DNA of 64,000 nucleotides from Bdellovibrionales bacterium (lineage in GTDB: Bacteria; Bdellovibrionota; Bdellovibrionia; Bdellovibrionales; UBA1609). The position numbers and the translations under genes are program-made. The notes under the pieces were generated by a model, which saw only the letters and a program-made list of their open reading frames with translations, had not been told where the DNA came from and did no database searches. Every line of letters starts with the position of its first letter. Within the stretch, counting starts at the first letter, position 1. Location: positions 480,001 through 544,000 of the forward strand of contig OZ241456.1 in assembly GCA_965200875.1 (NCBI GenBank), written 5' to 3'. Positions 1 to 9,424 of this stretch are shown here, in pieces.

Positions 1-2
1 AC

Positions 3-167
3 CAACGATTTGTGGATGGTCGGGATGATGTTTATGTGGGGCGAATCCGCGCAGTTCCTGAGGAAAAGGGAAAAAGCTGGATGATGTGGATTGTTGCGGA
101 TAATCTAAGGAAAGGGGCGGCTTTGAATGGCCTGCAAATCGCTGAAGCTCTAATTAGTAGTCCGTGA
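3..167 (+). CDS. asd: Aspartate-semialdehyde dehydrogenase, C-terminal part (cut by window edge)
   Basis: Manual translation: DDVYVGRIR...[20 protein letters not shown], the conserved Asd C-terminus; TGA at 165-167. Confidence 0.93.
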   Translation, partial: QRFVDGRDDVYVGRIRAVPEEKGKSWMMWIVADNLRKGAALNGLQIAEALISSP

Positions 168-209
168 AAAAGTATGTTATTTTGACTGGATTCCCGCCTT
201 CAAGGGACT
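151..209 (+). repeat. Dispersed element copy (TAGT-G-CCGTGAAAAAGTAT core plus GGATTCCCGCCT tail)
   Basis: 165-209 matches the reverse complement of 15326-15370 at 44/45 nt; overlaps the asd stop codon. Confidence 0.85.
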
Positions 210-244
210 GAAGTCTCTATTAACTTTTAGAGAAAGGATAAAAT

Positions 245-1198
245 TTGATGAATGTAAAAGAAAAAAGCAACTTGAACCAAATAATTTATTTTACCTTGTT
301 TGTTTTCCTCTTTTTTGGAGCGCAGGAGTCGGGATTTTCAGATGTCCCTCTCCCCTCTGTAACAGAGGGGGAGTCTTCTTTTTCAGCCGAGGGGGATTCC
401 CGGAAAGAACCACCCAGGAGTGATTCTTTTTCCGCGCCTTCTGATGGTGTGACAACCAAGCCTGTTAAAATCCCTGCTAAACTTCATAAAGGAAAAAAAA
501 CTTTTACCAAAAAATCAGAAAAACATCGTGCTAAAAAGTCCCAATCGCGCAGAAGATCTAGGAAATATCAGCCCCGTGGAAAGTCGCCAAAACCCAAAAC
601 TCTTTCTTTGTTACAGGATCGTCAAAAACTCATTTTATTTCAATGGGTTAATGAACAGCAGATTTCCCTTCAGTGGGCTTATGCTTTTTTAAAGCAGACA
701 GAAAAACATGCCCCAGATCTGCTAAAAGAAAAAATTGATGATTCATTTAGAAATGACATTCTTTTTTACCTGAACTTTCATCAAAATATTATTCAGTTTC
801 CTTATGTTTTAAAGTGGGGGCTTAGGGCCAGTGCGGGAATGACCCGCAACTACAGTATAGGCAGTACTTATTTTATTCCCATGAGCTTATCTGCGACTAT
901 CAGTCTTCAAGTTTTTGAAAAACAGATTGTTGTGCCGTTTTTTGAAATGGGATATTCCCTCTGGAGTGTTGATTTCTCTGAATCCTCTGATTTTTTCCCT
1001 TTTTGGAGCGTTGGAGCTGACATCAGCTTTTCTATTTTTAAGAGTTCTCTTCGTTATACTCTGTCGGATGAATATGGAATAGAGGATATAGGTGTGTCTT
1101 TGGAAGTAAGAAATCACTCAAGCCCTATGGATTTTCCAGACGAAAAAAGAGGGTATTTTCTGCATTCTTTGCATGCAGGCATATATTGCAAGTTTTAA
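245..1198 (+). CDS. Hypothetical exported protein, possible outer-membrane beta-barrel with Lys/Arg-rich N-terminal region
   Basis: N-terminal hydrophobic segment, low-complexity basic tract, amphipathic beta-strand-like C-terminus ending in Phe. Confidence 0.55.
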   Translation: MMNVKEKSNLNQIIYFTLFVFLFFGAQESGFSDVPLPSVTEGESSFSAEGDSRKEPPRSDSFSAPSDGVTTKPVKIPAKLHKGKKTFTKKSEKHRAKKSQSRRRSRKYQPRGKSPKPKTLSLLQDRQKLILFQWVNEQQISLQWAYAFLKQTEKHAPDLLKEKIDDSFRNDILFYLNFHQNIIQFPYVLKWGLRASAGMTRNYSIGSTYFIPMSLSATISLQVFEKQIVVPFFEMGYSLWSVDFSESSDFFPFWSVGADISFSIFKSSLRYTLSDEYGIEDIGVSLEVRNHSSPMDFPDEKRGYFLHSLHAGIYCKF

Positions 1199-1331
1199 AC
1201 CCGATTTTTTGAGAATTTTATAAAAAAAATCGTAAAACCTAAGGAATTTTTTATTTTGTTTGTTGACTTTTTATAAATCACACATACACTTTTATATACA
1301 GAAAAGTTACTAAACTAAGGAGTTTTAGGTT

Positions 1332-1589
1332 ATGAAATTTTTATTTTTGTTGTTTTCTTTATGTTGTGTTTTTACTTTCTTTTCCGGTTGTAACAATTCA
1401 AAATCAGGAGGATCAGCCCCTGTGCCTGCAAAAAGTGTAGAGGAGTTAAAGAAAGAAGTATTATCTAAGGCTTGTAATGAAGAAATAAAACAGGACTATG
1501 AAAATGAGTTTGCAAAAACCAGCAAATTGAGTGAAGATCAGCAGAAGAGACGTTTGCAAGCCATGTCGAAAAACATCAAGTGCGAGTAA
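1332..1589 (+). CDS. Small lipoprotein
   Basis: Signal peptide with lipobox-like FSG-C; AGGAG upstream. Confidence 0.65.
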   Translation: MKFLFLLFSLCCVFTFFSGCNNSKSGGSAPVPAKSVEELKKEVLSKACNEEIKQDYENEFAKTSKLSEDQQKRRLQAMSKNIKCE

Positions 1590-1648
1590 TAGTCGTCGGG
1601 ACCTACTAAACAATAAATTAAAAAAACAATAAAAATAAGGAGGATAAT

Positions 1649-2137
1649 ATGAGATTTTTTTTAGCGGTTTTACTGTGTTTTACCGGAGGACTTTATTCTA
1701 CATTTGTTTTCGGTCAGAATGTGACGGGAACATGGACATGGGTGGGTGCAGGTTGCAGAGATCGTTCGCTAAGTGCAGACAGCCATGTTACCAAATCTAA
1801 AAGTAGAAATCCATTTCAGATAAGAGCCAGTGAATTAACATTAAACAGTGATGGTTCTGCCGCTATGACCATAGAAATGGGAGATGAGACAAAAAACGAA
1901 ACCGGTAATTACACTGTGGAAAACAACCGGGTATTAATAACTGATCCCAACAACATGCCTGAAGGTAAAGAGCAGGTTTTAATTCTGAATATTGTGGATG
2001 GAAATCTTCTTTTAGCTTTTTCCACTTTTGAAGAACTGGATACTGAAGACCAGAGTTTGGATGAAGACTATGGGCGATTAAACAGCGATATATGTGGTTC
2101 CAAAATTTATGTTTATGTATTCTCAAATGTGGACTAA
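1649..2137 (+). CDS. Secreted lipocalin-like hypothetical protein
   Basis: Signal peptide, VTGTW start motif, LTLNSDGS...GNYTV pattern; GGAGG RBS. Confidence 0.6.
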   Translation: MRFFLAVLLCFTGGLYSTFVFGQNVTGTWTWVGAGCRDRSLSADSHVTKSKSRNPFQIRASELTLNSDGSAAMTIEMGDETKNETGNYTVENNRVLITDPNNMPEGKEQVLILNIVDGNLLLAFSTFEELDTEDQSLDEDYGRLNSDICGSKIYVYVFSNVD

Positions 2138-2200
2138 GCTATTTAATTAGTAGTCTCAGAAAAACCTCTGATTGGTTCTTAACCATACACTTCTGGAAAA

Positions 2201-2977
2201 ATGTTCAGATTCAGGATCCTTATCAGTTACAATGGTTTAAAATATTATGGCTGGCAAAAACAAAAAAAATTGCCAACCGTTCAGGGTCAGATCGAAAAGG
2301 CTTTAAAGCAGGTTTTTCAAAAACAAATTTCCGTCTTCGGGTCTGGTCGCACTGATACAGGATCACATGCCTTGGGGCAAACCGCGCACTTTGATCTGCC
2401 AAAACCTTTATCCACCAGTATATGCCTGCAAAAAGCTTTAAATTCTTTTTTGGTCACGGAAGATATTTGCGTTCGTGAGGTGTGGAAAGCATCTCCTGAT
2501 TTTCATGCTTTGCATTCGGCTATAGGAAAATACTATGTGTATTTTATACTGTGTCGAAAGTATCCTTGTGTGTTCAGAAAAGACCAGATACATTGGTATC
2601 CTTACCCTTTGGAAATAAAAAAGCTAAATACCATAAGCCAAAGAATCACCGGCAGGCATGATTTTAAAAGTTTTCAAAATGCAGGAACTCCTGTTAAGAG
2701 CACAGTGCGGAACATAACTTTTGCGCATTGGCGCAGAGTGAAAAAAGATGTAGTGGCTTTTCATATTGCAGGTGAAGGTTTTTTGAAGCAAATGATCAGA
2801 AACTTGGTAGGAACACAACTCGAGCTTTTACGGGAAAAAGAACCTTTAAAAAAATGGGAAGAGATATTGCTTGCGAGAAAGCGAAAATCAGCTTACACCA
2901 CTGCCCCTGCTGAAGGGCTTTATCTGTACAAAGTTTTTTACCCTTTGGAACTTGAGAGGCAATGCCAAAGGATTTAA
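2201..2977 (+). CDS. truA: tRNA pseudouridine(38-40) synthase
   Basis: YNG..GWQ, GSGRTDTGSHA, FLKQMIR and TAPAEGLYL motifs. Confidence 0.96.
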   Translation: MFRFRILISYNGLKYYGWQKQKKLPTVQGQIEKALKQVFQKQISVFGSGRTDTGSHALGQTAHFDLPKPLSTSICLQKALNSFLVTEDICVREVWKASPDFHALHSAIGKYYVYFILCRKYPCVFRKDQIHWYPYPLEIKKLNTISQRITGRHDFKSFQNAGTPVKSTVRNITFAHWRRVKKDVVAFHIAGEGFLKQMIRNLVGTQLELLREKEPLKKWEEILLARKRKSAYTTAPAEGLYLYKVFYPLELERQCQRI

Positions 2978-3047
2978 TTCGTCGATCTTGATTCTTTATC
3001 AATACCTCACCGTCAGTAGGGTGAAAACATACTTGTTTTCCACATAT

Positions 3048-4898
3048 TTATATGATTGTGGCAATAGGCATTTCAATTTCACTGGAAATATATTTTTTTA
3101 TTTTATCTGAATGCTCTGAATCCCTACCTACACCAAAATAAATAGCTTTTGGGGTCATTGTCCTTTTTAAGGTTCTTAAGCCTTCCAGCAAGTTTCCCGG
3201 CAGAATTTTAACAGTTAAAATAATATTCTTGTTTTGATAAATGGGGGCAATTTGCTGTGATACCACTCTTTGCAATGTTTCATGGAATCCATGAAGGGAG
3301 GAAGATGCCTCCTCCGCTTCCGCGTAAAACAAGATAAGCTCAAAAGAACCGGGGTGTTTTTCAGAAACAAAATTCAGTGTTTTAGAAATCAACCGTCGCA
3401 CTCTGTGTTCCCCGATACATACAATATGCTTGGGCAGGTTGTCAGGCAGTTCATCCACAGAATGGCTGAATTTCCCTAAACCCAAACGTAAATCCGTATG
3501 AGTTTCAAGACGATTTTCTAATAAACCCCATCGGTAAAATGCCATCAATATTACAGTGATTCCCATCAGAAAAGTAAACATAAACAATACTTCAGAGTTG
3601 GCGTTGGCGACTAAAAGAATAATGGCAAAACTGAGAATCAAAGTGGTTAATAACGGTGGTAAGGAGATCTTTATTCCATTTTTTAAGGGAAGAAGAAGTG
3701 GGGACAAATATTTTTTTGGGGTGGATTTTCTAAACCCTTTGTTTCTCATCAGAATAGCACCTAATGCAAAGCTGACCATGACACCCAGAAAAGCCACTTC
3801 ATACACCTTGGCGGCAATATCCACTTCCCCTGCCACTAAAGAAGATATGGACATAACGATAACCATCAGACTCAGGCATATAACTGGATACCCTTCCACC
3901 TGAGGAATAATATGGGATACTCTTTTCAGGCAGATTTGTGGAAGATTTCCGTTCTTGGCCATAGTAGTCGCCAGCCCAATAAAACCAATGAAAGCTGTGT
4001 TGGTGGCGGAGAATAAAGTCAAAGTGGCATCCACAACGATAATAGTTAGTAAAAATTTCCCACCGATTTTTTCCGCCAGCCCGGATAAAAGATAATTGAT
4101 ATTTCCTTCCACTTCGTCTGGCGTAAGAATGGTCAGGCACATAATGGAGATAACCGGTGCTGTTATGGAAACCAGAATAATGACTGCTTTATAAAGTTTT
4201 CGGACAGTGAGTAAGGTGGGATGTTCTAGGGTTTCCACAATTTGAGCGGCTGATTCAAAGCCAGTAATACCCAAGAAGGCGGCGGCGAAACCATAAGCTA
4301 GGGTCGCTCCTGTTAGAGCGCGTGGGTAGGAGGAAAAATCACCAAATTTAGAAAAGTCAATTTCTGAAAAATGGAACAAAATATAACCCAACCCCCAGAT
4401 GGAGATCAGTATCAGGAGTCCAAAATGGACTATGGAAACACCTGTTACGATTTTTGCAGGTTCTTTTATACCCTTAATATTAAGAAAGCTGAATAGTACC
4501 ACAGGAATAAAGGAAATCAATACAACAGTGGATTGATCCAACCCTCCTTCAAAAAGAGAAGAGAGGTAAAAACCTCCAGAAAGAGAGCTGACTGCCGCTG
4601 TGGCCAGATAAGACACAAAGGTTAAAGCACCCGCAAAGACAGCCGCTTGTTTGCCAACACTTCTAAAAATCATGGAATAGGCTCCGCCATTATAAGGGAT
4701 CATAGCCAAGCCTTCCTCATAAGTGCGTTTAAAAATCCACATGGCTAGGCAGGCTGTGAGAACAAACAACGGGGCAAAATATCCGACAATGGGAAATAAA
4801 ATTCCAGTGCCGTAAAACACAGAGGTTCCAATATCCGCGCCGACAACCCCGGCGGCAATTATCCAGTTTAACTCAGATTTACCTTGTTCCGGTTTCAA
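3048..4898 (-). CDS. APC-family amino acid permease with C-terminal soluble domain
   Basis: About 12 hydrophobic segments; ADIGTSVFYG, NGGAY and ITGFESAA motifs. Confidence 0.85.
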   Translation of the reverse strand: MKPEQGKSELNWIIAAGVVGADIGTSVFYGTGILFPIVGYFAPLFVLTACLAMWIFKRTYEEGLAMIPYNGGAYSMIFRSVGKQAAVFAGALTFVSYLATAAVSSLSGGFYLSSLFEGGLDQSTVVLISFIPVVLFSFLNIKGIKEPAKIVTGVSIVHFGLLILISIWGLGYILFHFSEIDFSKFGDFSSYPRALTGATLAYGFAAAFLGITGFESAAQIVETLEHPTLLTVRKLYKAVIILVSITAPVISIMCLTILTPDEVEGNINYLLSGLAEKIGGKFLLTIIVVDATLTLFSATNTAFIGFIGLATTMAKNGNLPQICLKRVSHIIPQVEGYPVICLSLMVIVMSISSLVAGEVDIAAKVYEVAFLGVMVSFALGAILMRNKGFRKSTPKKYLSPLLLPLKNGIKISLPPLLTTLILSFAIILLVANANSEVLFMFTFLMGITVILMAFYRWGLLENRLETHTDLRLGLGKFSHSVDELPDNLPKHIVCIGEHRVRRLISKTLNFVSEKHPGSFELILFYAEAEEASSSLHGFHETLQRVVSQQIAPIYQNKNIILTVKILPGNLLEGLRTLKRTMTPKAIYFGVGRDSEHSDKIKKYISSEIEMPIATII

Positions 4899-4917
4899 TA
4901 TTTTAGCTCCTGTTTTT

Positions 4918-4940
4918 GCTTTTTCACGGGCGACTAATTA
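4918..4940 (-). repeat. Dispersed element end (TAATTAGTCGCCCGTGAAAAAGC)
   Basis: Same core as 151-171, 16 nt past the EVE gene stop. Confidence 0.65.
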
Positions 4941-4956
4941 CTTTTATTACAATTTT

Positions 4957-5430
4957 TTATTTTTTCTGCGCCAGCTTTAATATATACATGTATTCCTCTT
5001 TGGCAACAGGCATAATAGAGAGCCTCTGTCCTTTTTTTAGTAATAGCATTTTGGAAAGCACTTTTTCCTTTCTCAACTCTTTGAGGGATATCAGTTTGTT
5101 AAAAATGGATTTAAAAGCCACCTCCACGCAAAACCATCGTGGATTTTCTTTGCTGGAGGCAGGGTCATAATACTTGGATTTAGGATTGAAAGCCGTTGGG
5201 TCAGGTTGTGCTTTTTTAGAAACCTGTGCCAGACCAACTACTCCAGGTGGATTGGCGTTGGAATGGTAAAATAAAACTTCATCTCCCACCTGCATATCTT
5301 TCATCATAAAGTTTCTGGCCTGATAATTTCTTACACCATCCCAAAGGTCTTTTCCTGATTTTTTTAAATGTTGAATGGAATAGACATTTGGTTCTGATTT
5401 CATCAGCCAGTATTTTTTTATTTTTGACAT
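4957..5430 (-). CDS. EVE domain protein
   Basis: YWLMKSEP, WDGVRNYQARN, FYHS and RLSIMPV motifs. Confidence 0.95.
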   Translation of the reverse strand: MSKIKKYWLMKSEPNVYSIQHLKKSGKDLWDGVRNYQARNFMMKDMQVGDEVLFYHSNANPPGVVGLAQVSKKAQPDPTAFNPKSKYYDPASSKENPRWFCVEVAFKSIFNKLISLKELRKEKVLSKMLLLKKGQRLSIMPVAKEEYMYILKLAQKK

Positions 5431-5704
5431 TTTATGTTTCTCTGGTATTCAAATTGTTTTTCTTTCTTATGTTGTTCCAGTTTGAAATTTGAGATTTTAA
5501 AACCTGATTATACAAGATACCTTTTTTAAAAGTAATAAAAAATCTTGTTTTTACGCCAAATAGAATAAAAAGAGTGCTTAAAGTCTTATTTTTTTTGATT
5601 TGCGTTTATGGATTTTCGGATTTGTTTCAGTCTCTTTAACAAGGATTTGTGTTTTGTGACAGTGGATCTTAGCAAGTTTCATCAAGATGATGTAAGTTCT
5701 TCGA

Positions 5705-5733
5705 TTGATTTTCAGGAGTTATGGTGTTATATT
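5705..5733 (+). promoter_or_regulatory. Putative sigma70 promoter (TTGATT-17-TATATT, extended -10 TG)
   Basis: Consensus-like boxes with 17-bp spacing; similar module at 48581-48609. Confidence 0.5.
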
Positions 5734-5812
5734 TTAAAAAGGAGGCTATGATGTATTTGCGTAAATTTTTGTTAGAGGAGCAACAACAGATTTTGGCAAG
5801 TTAAATATAGTT

Positions 5813-6412
5813 ATGCGCCTTTTAAAAAAATCTTTTTTTGCACGAGAAACCACGAAAGTTGCTGAAGAACTTTTGTCTTGTATTTTGGTAAGAGTTACTA
5901 AAACCGGTAAAGTTTTAAAAGGGCGGATTGTGGAAACAGAAGCTTACTTGGGTCTTGAAGATGACTGTTGTCATAGTTTTGGAGGAAGAAGAACAGTACG
6001 TACAAAGGTGATGTATTGGTCTGGTGGTTTTGCTTACATTTACTTTACTTATGGAATGTATCATTGTTTTAATATCGTGACAGCCGGTGCTGAAGAACCG
6101 GAGGCAGTGTTAATCAGAGCTGTGGAACCCTTGGAAGGAATAGCGACAATGCAAAAAAATCGTGGACAAAAAGATATTAAAAATTTAACAAATGGTCCAG
6201 GAAAACTTTGTCAAGCCTTTGATATATGTAAAAAGTTAAATGGAAAAAGTTTGGAAAGCGATAAGCTGTATATAGAAAAAAGCAATAAAGTACTGCATAA
6301 ATATATAGAAACCAGCCCTCGTATTGGCCTTTCTGAAAATTGGTCAGCCTGTTACTGGCCACTGCGATTTTATATTAAAAATAATCCGTTTGTGTCACCC
6401 AGTAATCTATAA
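5813..6412 (+). CDS. mpg: DNA-3-methyladenine glycosylase (AAG/MPG family)
   Basis: GRIVETEAY, YGMYHCFN, AVLIRAVEP, NGPGKL and PRIG motifs. Confidence 0.95.
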   Translation: MRLLKKSFFARETTKVAEELLSCILVRVTKTGKVLKGRIVETEAYLGLEDDCCHSFGGRRTVRTKVMYWSGGFAYIYFTYGMYHCFNIVTAGAEEPEAVLIRAVEPLEGIATMQKNRGQKDIKNLTNGPGKLCQAFDICKKLNGKSLESDKLYIEKSNKVLHKYIETSPRIGLSENWSACYWPLRFYIKNNPFVSPSNL

Positions 6413-6439
6413 AGCCCGTGAAAAAGTATGTTTTCTTAA
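6413..6439 (+). repeat. Dispersed element end (GCCCGTGAAAAAGTATGTTTTCTTAA)
   Basis: Directly after the mpg stop; near-identical to the copy at 54319-54349. Confidence 0.7.
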
Positions 6440-6473
6440 AGCCTTTCCTTTCCTAAGATGAGTGGGCACCTTA

Positions 6474-7049
6474 TTATTCTGTAAGGCTTCTAAGCATCCA
6501 GGCAGTTTTTTCATGTGCTTGAATGCGTTGGGTGAGTAAATCCATAGTGGCTTCATCCTCTCCCTTTTCCGCTGAAATAAAAACAGCACGGGCTGTTTTC
6601 ACTACCTGTTGATGATCAAAGTTTAAATTTTCAATCATGATCATGGCTTTTGGGACTTCTGTTTCCTCTTGTATAGAGCTTAATTCTTTAAATTGAGTGT
6701 AAGATCCTGGTGCGTACATGCCTAAGGCTCTGATTCTTTCTGCGATTATATCAATAGCTGTGGCCAATTCTGTATATTGTTCTTCAAACATAAGATGTAA
6801 TGTTCGAAACATAGGGCCTGTTACATTCCAATGATAATTATGTGTTTTAAGGTACAGGGTGTAGCTGTCTGCTAAAAGCTGGGATAAACCTTCTGCAATG
6901 AGCAGTCTTTTATGTTCTGGAATCCCAATATCAATGTCGATTTTGTTTTCCAGTTTTCCTTCTGTTTCCCGTGGTTTCTTTTTTCCGATTTTAAAAATGA
7001 CAATCTCCTTTGTAAAAAAATATTGACCTCTCTTGCATTTTACAGGCAA
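6474..7049 (-). CDS. dps: Dps DNA-protection ferritin-like protein (true start uncertain, probably downstream)
   Basis: KTHNYHWNVTGPMFRTLH, DIIAERIRALG and HEKTAWML motifs. Confidence 0.93.
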   Translation of the reverse strand: MPVKCKRGQYFFTKEIVIFKIGKKKPRETEGKLENKIDIDIGIPEHKRLLIAEGLSQLLADSYTLYLKTHNYHWNVTGPMFRTLHLMFEEQYTELATAIDIIAERIRALGMYAPGSYTQFKELSSIQEETEVPKAMIMIENLNFDHQQVVKTARAVFISAEKGEDEATMDLLTQRIQAHEKTAWMLRSLTE

Positions 7050-7117
7050 AACTAAAATACAGTCAATATCGGATATGGAAAATATTATATAGCTGAAACA
7101 CTATATAAAGCAAGAAT

Positions 7118-7957
7118 ATGAGCTATTTAGTGGATATTATTATTCCCTCTTATAACAGAAAAACCTTTCTTAAAAAGGCTATAATATCTGTGCAAAATCA
7201 AACCTTTGAAAACTGGAGACTTTGGGTGGTGGATGATAGTTCCACAGATGGAACTTCTGATATGGTTTGTTCATTTTTAGATCCGAGAATAAAAATCATT
7301 TCTCTAAAGAGCAATCAAGGGGTCAGCCGGGCACGAAACAAAGGCATTGAGCAAGGAGACGGGGAGTGGGTGGCGTTTTTGGATTCCGATGATGAATGGA
7401 AGAAAGAAAAGCTGAAAGAGCAAATAAAATATTCAGAAAAAAATCCTGAAATTCCTTTAATCCACTGTAATGAAGTCTGGATTAAAAATGAAAAAATTTT
7501 ACCACAAAAAAAACATCATAAAAAACAAGGAGGAAGGATTTTTATCCCCTCTGTTCAACTTTGTTGTATCAGTCCCTCAGCGGTTGTTTTAAAGCGCGCT
7601 CTTTTAAACGAGATAGGTTGGTTCAGAGAAGATTTTCCAGTTTGTGAGGATTATGAAATGTGGCTCAGAGTAACTTCCCGGTATTCTGTGGGATTCGTGG
7701 AAGATACATTAGTGGTCAAACACGGTGGACATGCAGATCAGCTGTCTCAAAAATATCCCGCTAAGGATTATTGGAGAATAAAGGCTCTGAAAAATTATAT
7801 AAAAGATACAAATTTGTCTCAAGAAGAAAGAACACAAGTTAAGAAAATGATTTTCCAAAAATCGCAAATTTTACTGCGTGGTTATGAAAAGCATAAAAAT
7901 TTCGAACACAAAAAAGAGGTTGAAAATATTTTAGGGCTTTTGAAAAACAATACTTAA
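7118..7957 (+). CDS. Glycosyltransferase family 2
   Basis: IIPSYNR, VVDDSSTD, FLDSDD and EDYEMWLR motifs. Confidence 0.92.
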   Translation: MSYLVDIIIPSYNRKTFLKKAIISVQNQTFENWRLWVVDDSSTDGTSDMVCSFLDPRIKIISLKSNQGVSRARNKGIEQGDGEWVAFLDSDDEWKKEKLKEQIKYSEKNPEIPLIHCNEVWIKNEKILPQKKHHKKQGGRIFIPSVQLCCISPSAVVLKRALLNEIGWFREDFPVCEDYEMWLRVTSRYSVGFVEDTLVVKHGGHADQLSQKYPAKDYWRIKALKNYIKDTNLSQEERTQVKKMIFQKSQILLRGYEKHKNFEHKKEVENILGLLKNNT

Positions 7958-9117
7958 AAAGTAAAAGCTCTCCTGCATCTAAAAAAGATGCTCATGCTTT
8001 TTTGTATCTTGGGGTAAAGATATCTTGTATGAATGAGAATATCTGTTGCTTGTTTTTTAGCTTCAAGAGACTCTGAATGAGAAGTGGCAATTCGCAATAA
8101 TTCCTGTTGTAACTGTTCTTTAATAGGGCTTAATTGCAATAAAATATTTTTGGAATTTTTTTTCACTTCAGATGATTCATTTGAAGTAGCCAATCGTATC
8201 AGCTCTTTATATGCTGATTCTTGAGAGGAATATGCGTTAATAATAATATTACTCGAGGTGTTCCTAGCAAAATCTGAAGAATATTCAGAAGTGGCTATTT
8301 TTACCAAATTTATTTGCATTTCAGGATCCATAGCAGGAACACCGGTTAAAATATATTCTGGCGTGGTTTTCGTAAATATACGAGAGAAACTCTTGTCAGT
8401 GGTATCATGCACCATGTTCACCAGCACTTTCTGAATTTCCAAATGGAGAATTTGATGTTTTAAAATATTTTGTGCCATTACATGGGAGACAGCAGAAAAA
8501 TTATCAGATAAAGACATTTTCAGGAGTTGCCTTTGAGACTCTAAAGATAAATTGGAATCCAATAAAACAGATTGCGCTTTTTTGCTTATATCCTCTACAC
8601 CAGAGGTTAATAACTTAAGCATTATATTTTGAAATATTTGATGAGCTTCAGTAATTTCTTTTATCGTGGAGAAGATAAGCTTGTTTATTTTTGTATTAAG
8701 TGGTGCAGATTTTATTAGAAAATAAATATAAAAGTAAGTAAGGGGTGACAAATTGTTCAGTAATCGTATTCGTTTGTAAGCGAATATTGCTCCAGGTTCC
8801 AAAAATTCAGAAAGTACTTTCTTTTGTTTTTCGTCTAAATCCAGAATATTTTTCAAAGCCTGTTCCACACTTGTTCTGATATTTACATTTTCATCAAATA
8901 AAGCTATTTCCATTAACTTTTGATGAATTGTCATATCATTTGTTTTTTGTAAATTTTTTATGTTTTTTAAACGTTCTTCAGGAGTCAAGGATAAATCAGA
9001 AAGCTCATTGAGAATATCAAAATTGGATTTCCGGGTATTGTCTGAATCATTACCAGCTGGAAAAACGGGAACAGTCCAAGTCATCCAGAGCAAAAAAAAT
9101 AAAGTTAAAAATTTCAT
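7954..9117 (-). CDS. Secreted alpha-helical (HEAT-like) repeat hypothetical protein
   Basis: Signal peptide; recurring Q..L..IATS...S.....A..IL units; ends CRRAFTF. Confidence 0.6.
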   Translation of the reverse strand: MKFLTLFFLLWMTWTVPVFPAGNDSDNTRKSNFDILNELSDLSLTPEERLKNIKNLQKTNDMTIHQKLMEIALFDENVNIRTSVEQALKNILDLDEKQKKVLSEFLEPGAIFAYKRIRLLNNLSPLTYFYIYFLIKSAPLNTKINKLIFSTIKEITEAHQIFQNIMLKLLTSGVEDISKKAQSVLLDSNLSLESQRQLLKMSLSDNFSAVSHVMAQNILKHQILHLEIQKVLVNMVHDTTDKSFSRIFTKTTPEYILTGVPAMDPEMQINLVKIATSEYSSDFARNTSSNIIINAYSSQESAYKELIRLATSNESSEVKKNSKNILLQLSPIKEQLQQELLRIATSHSESLEAKKQATDILIHTRYLYPKIQKSMSIFFRCRRAFTF

Positions 9118-9424
9118 AAGGTATTATTCTCCATAGCATAGTTTGTATAAAATACTGTTTCTTAGGGTTTACTGTTGGAAATTTCAAGATATTCCTCCAG
9201 CTTTCGGCAATCTAAAAAAAATTGTCAACAAGTATTTTGTTGTGTATAGCTTATTTTATCGTGAATTGTAAAAAAAAAGTGTTATTACGCGACATTCATC
9301 TAGAAAATAAATATTTTTTATCCAGTCTGTAATATTTACACTTATTTAAGGTAAATCCTGAAAAAATAATAAAGCCTTCCAAAATGTAAAGAAGAAAAAG
9401 ATATAACCTTCACTGGTTTTCAGA

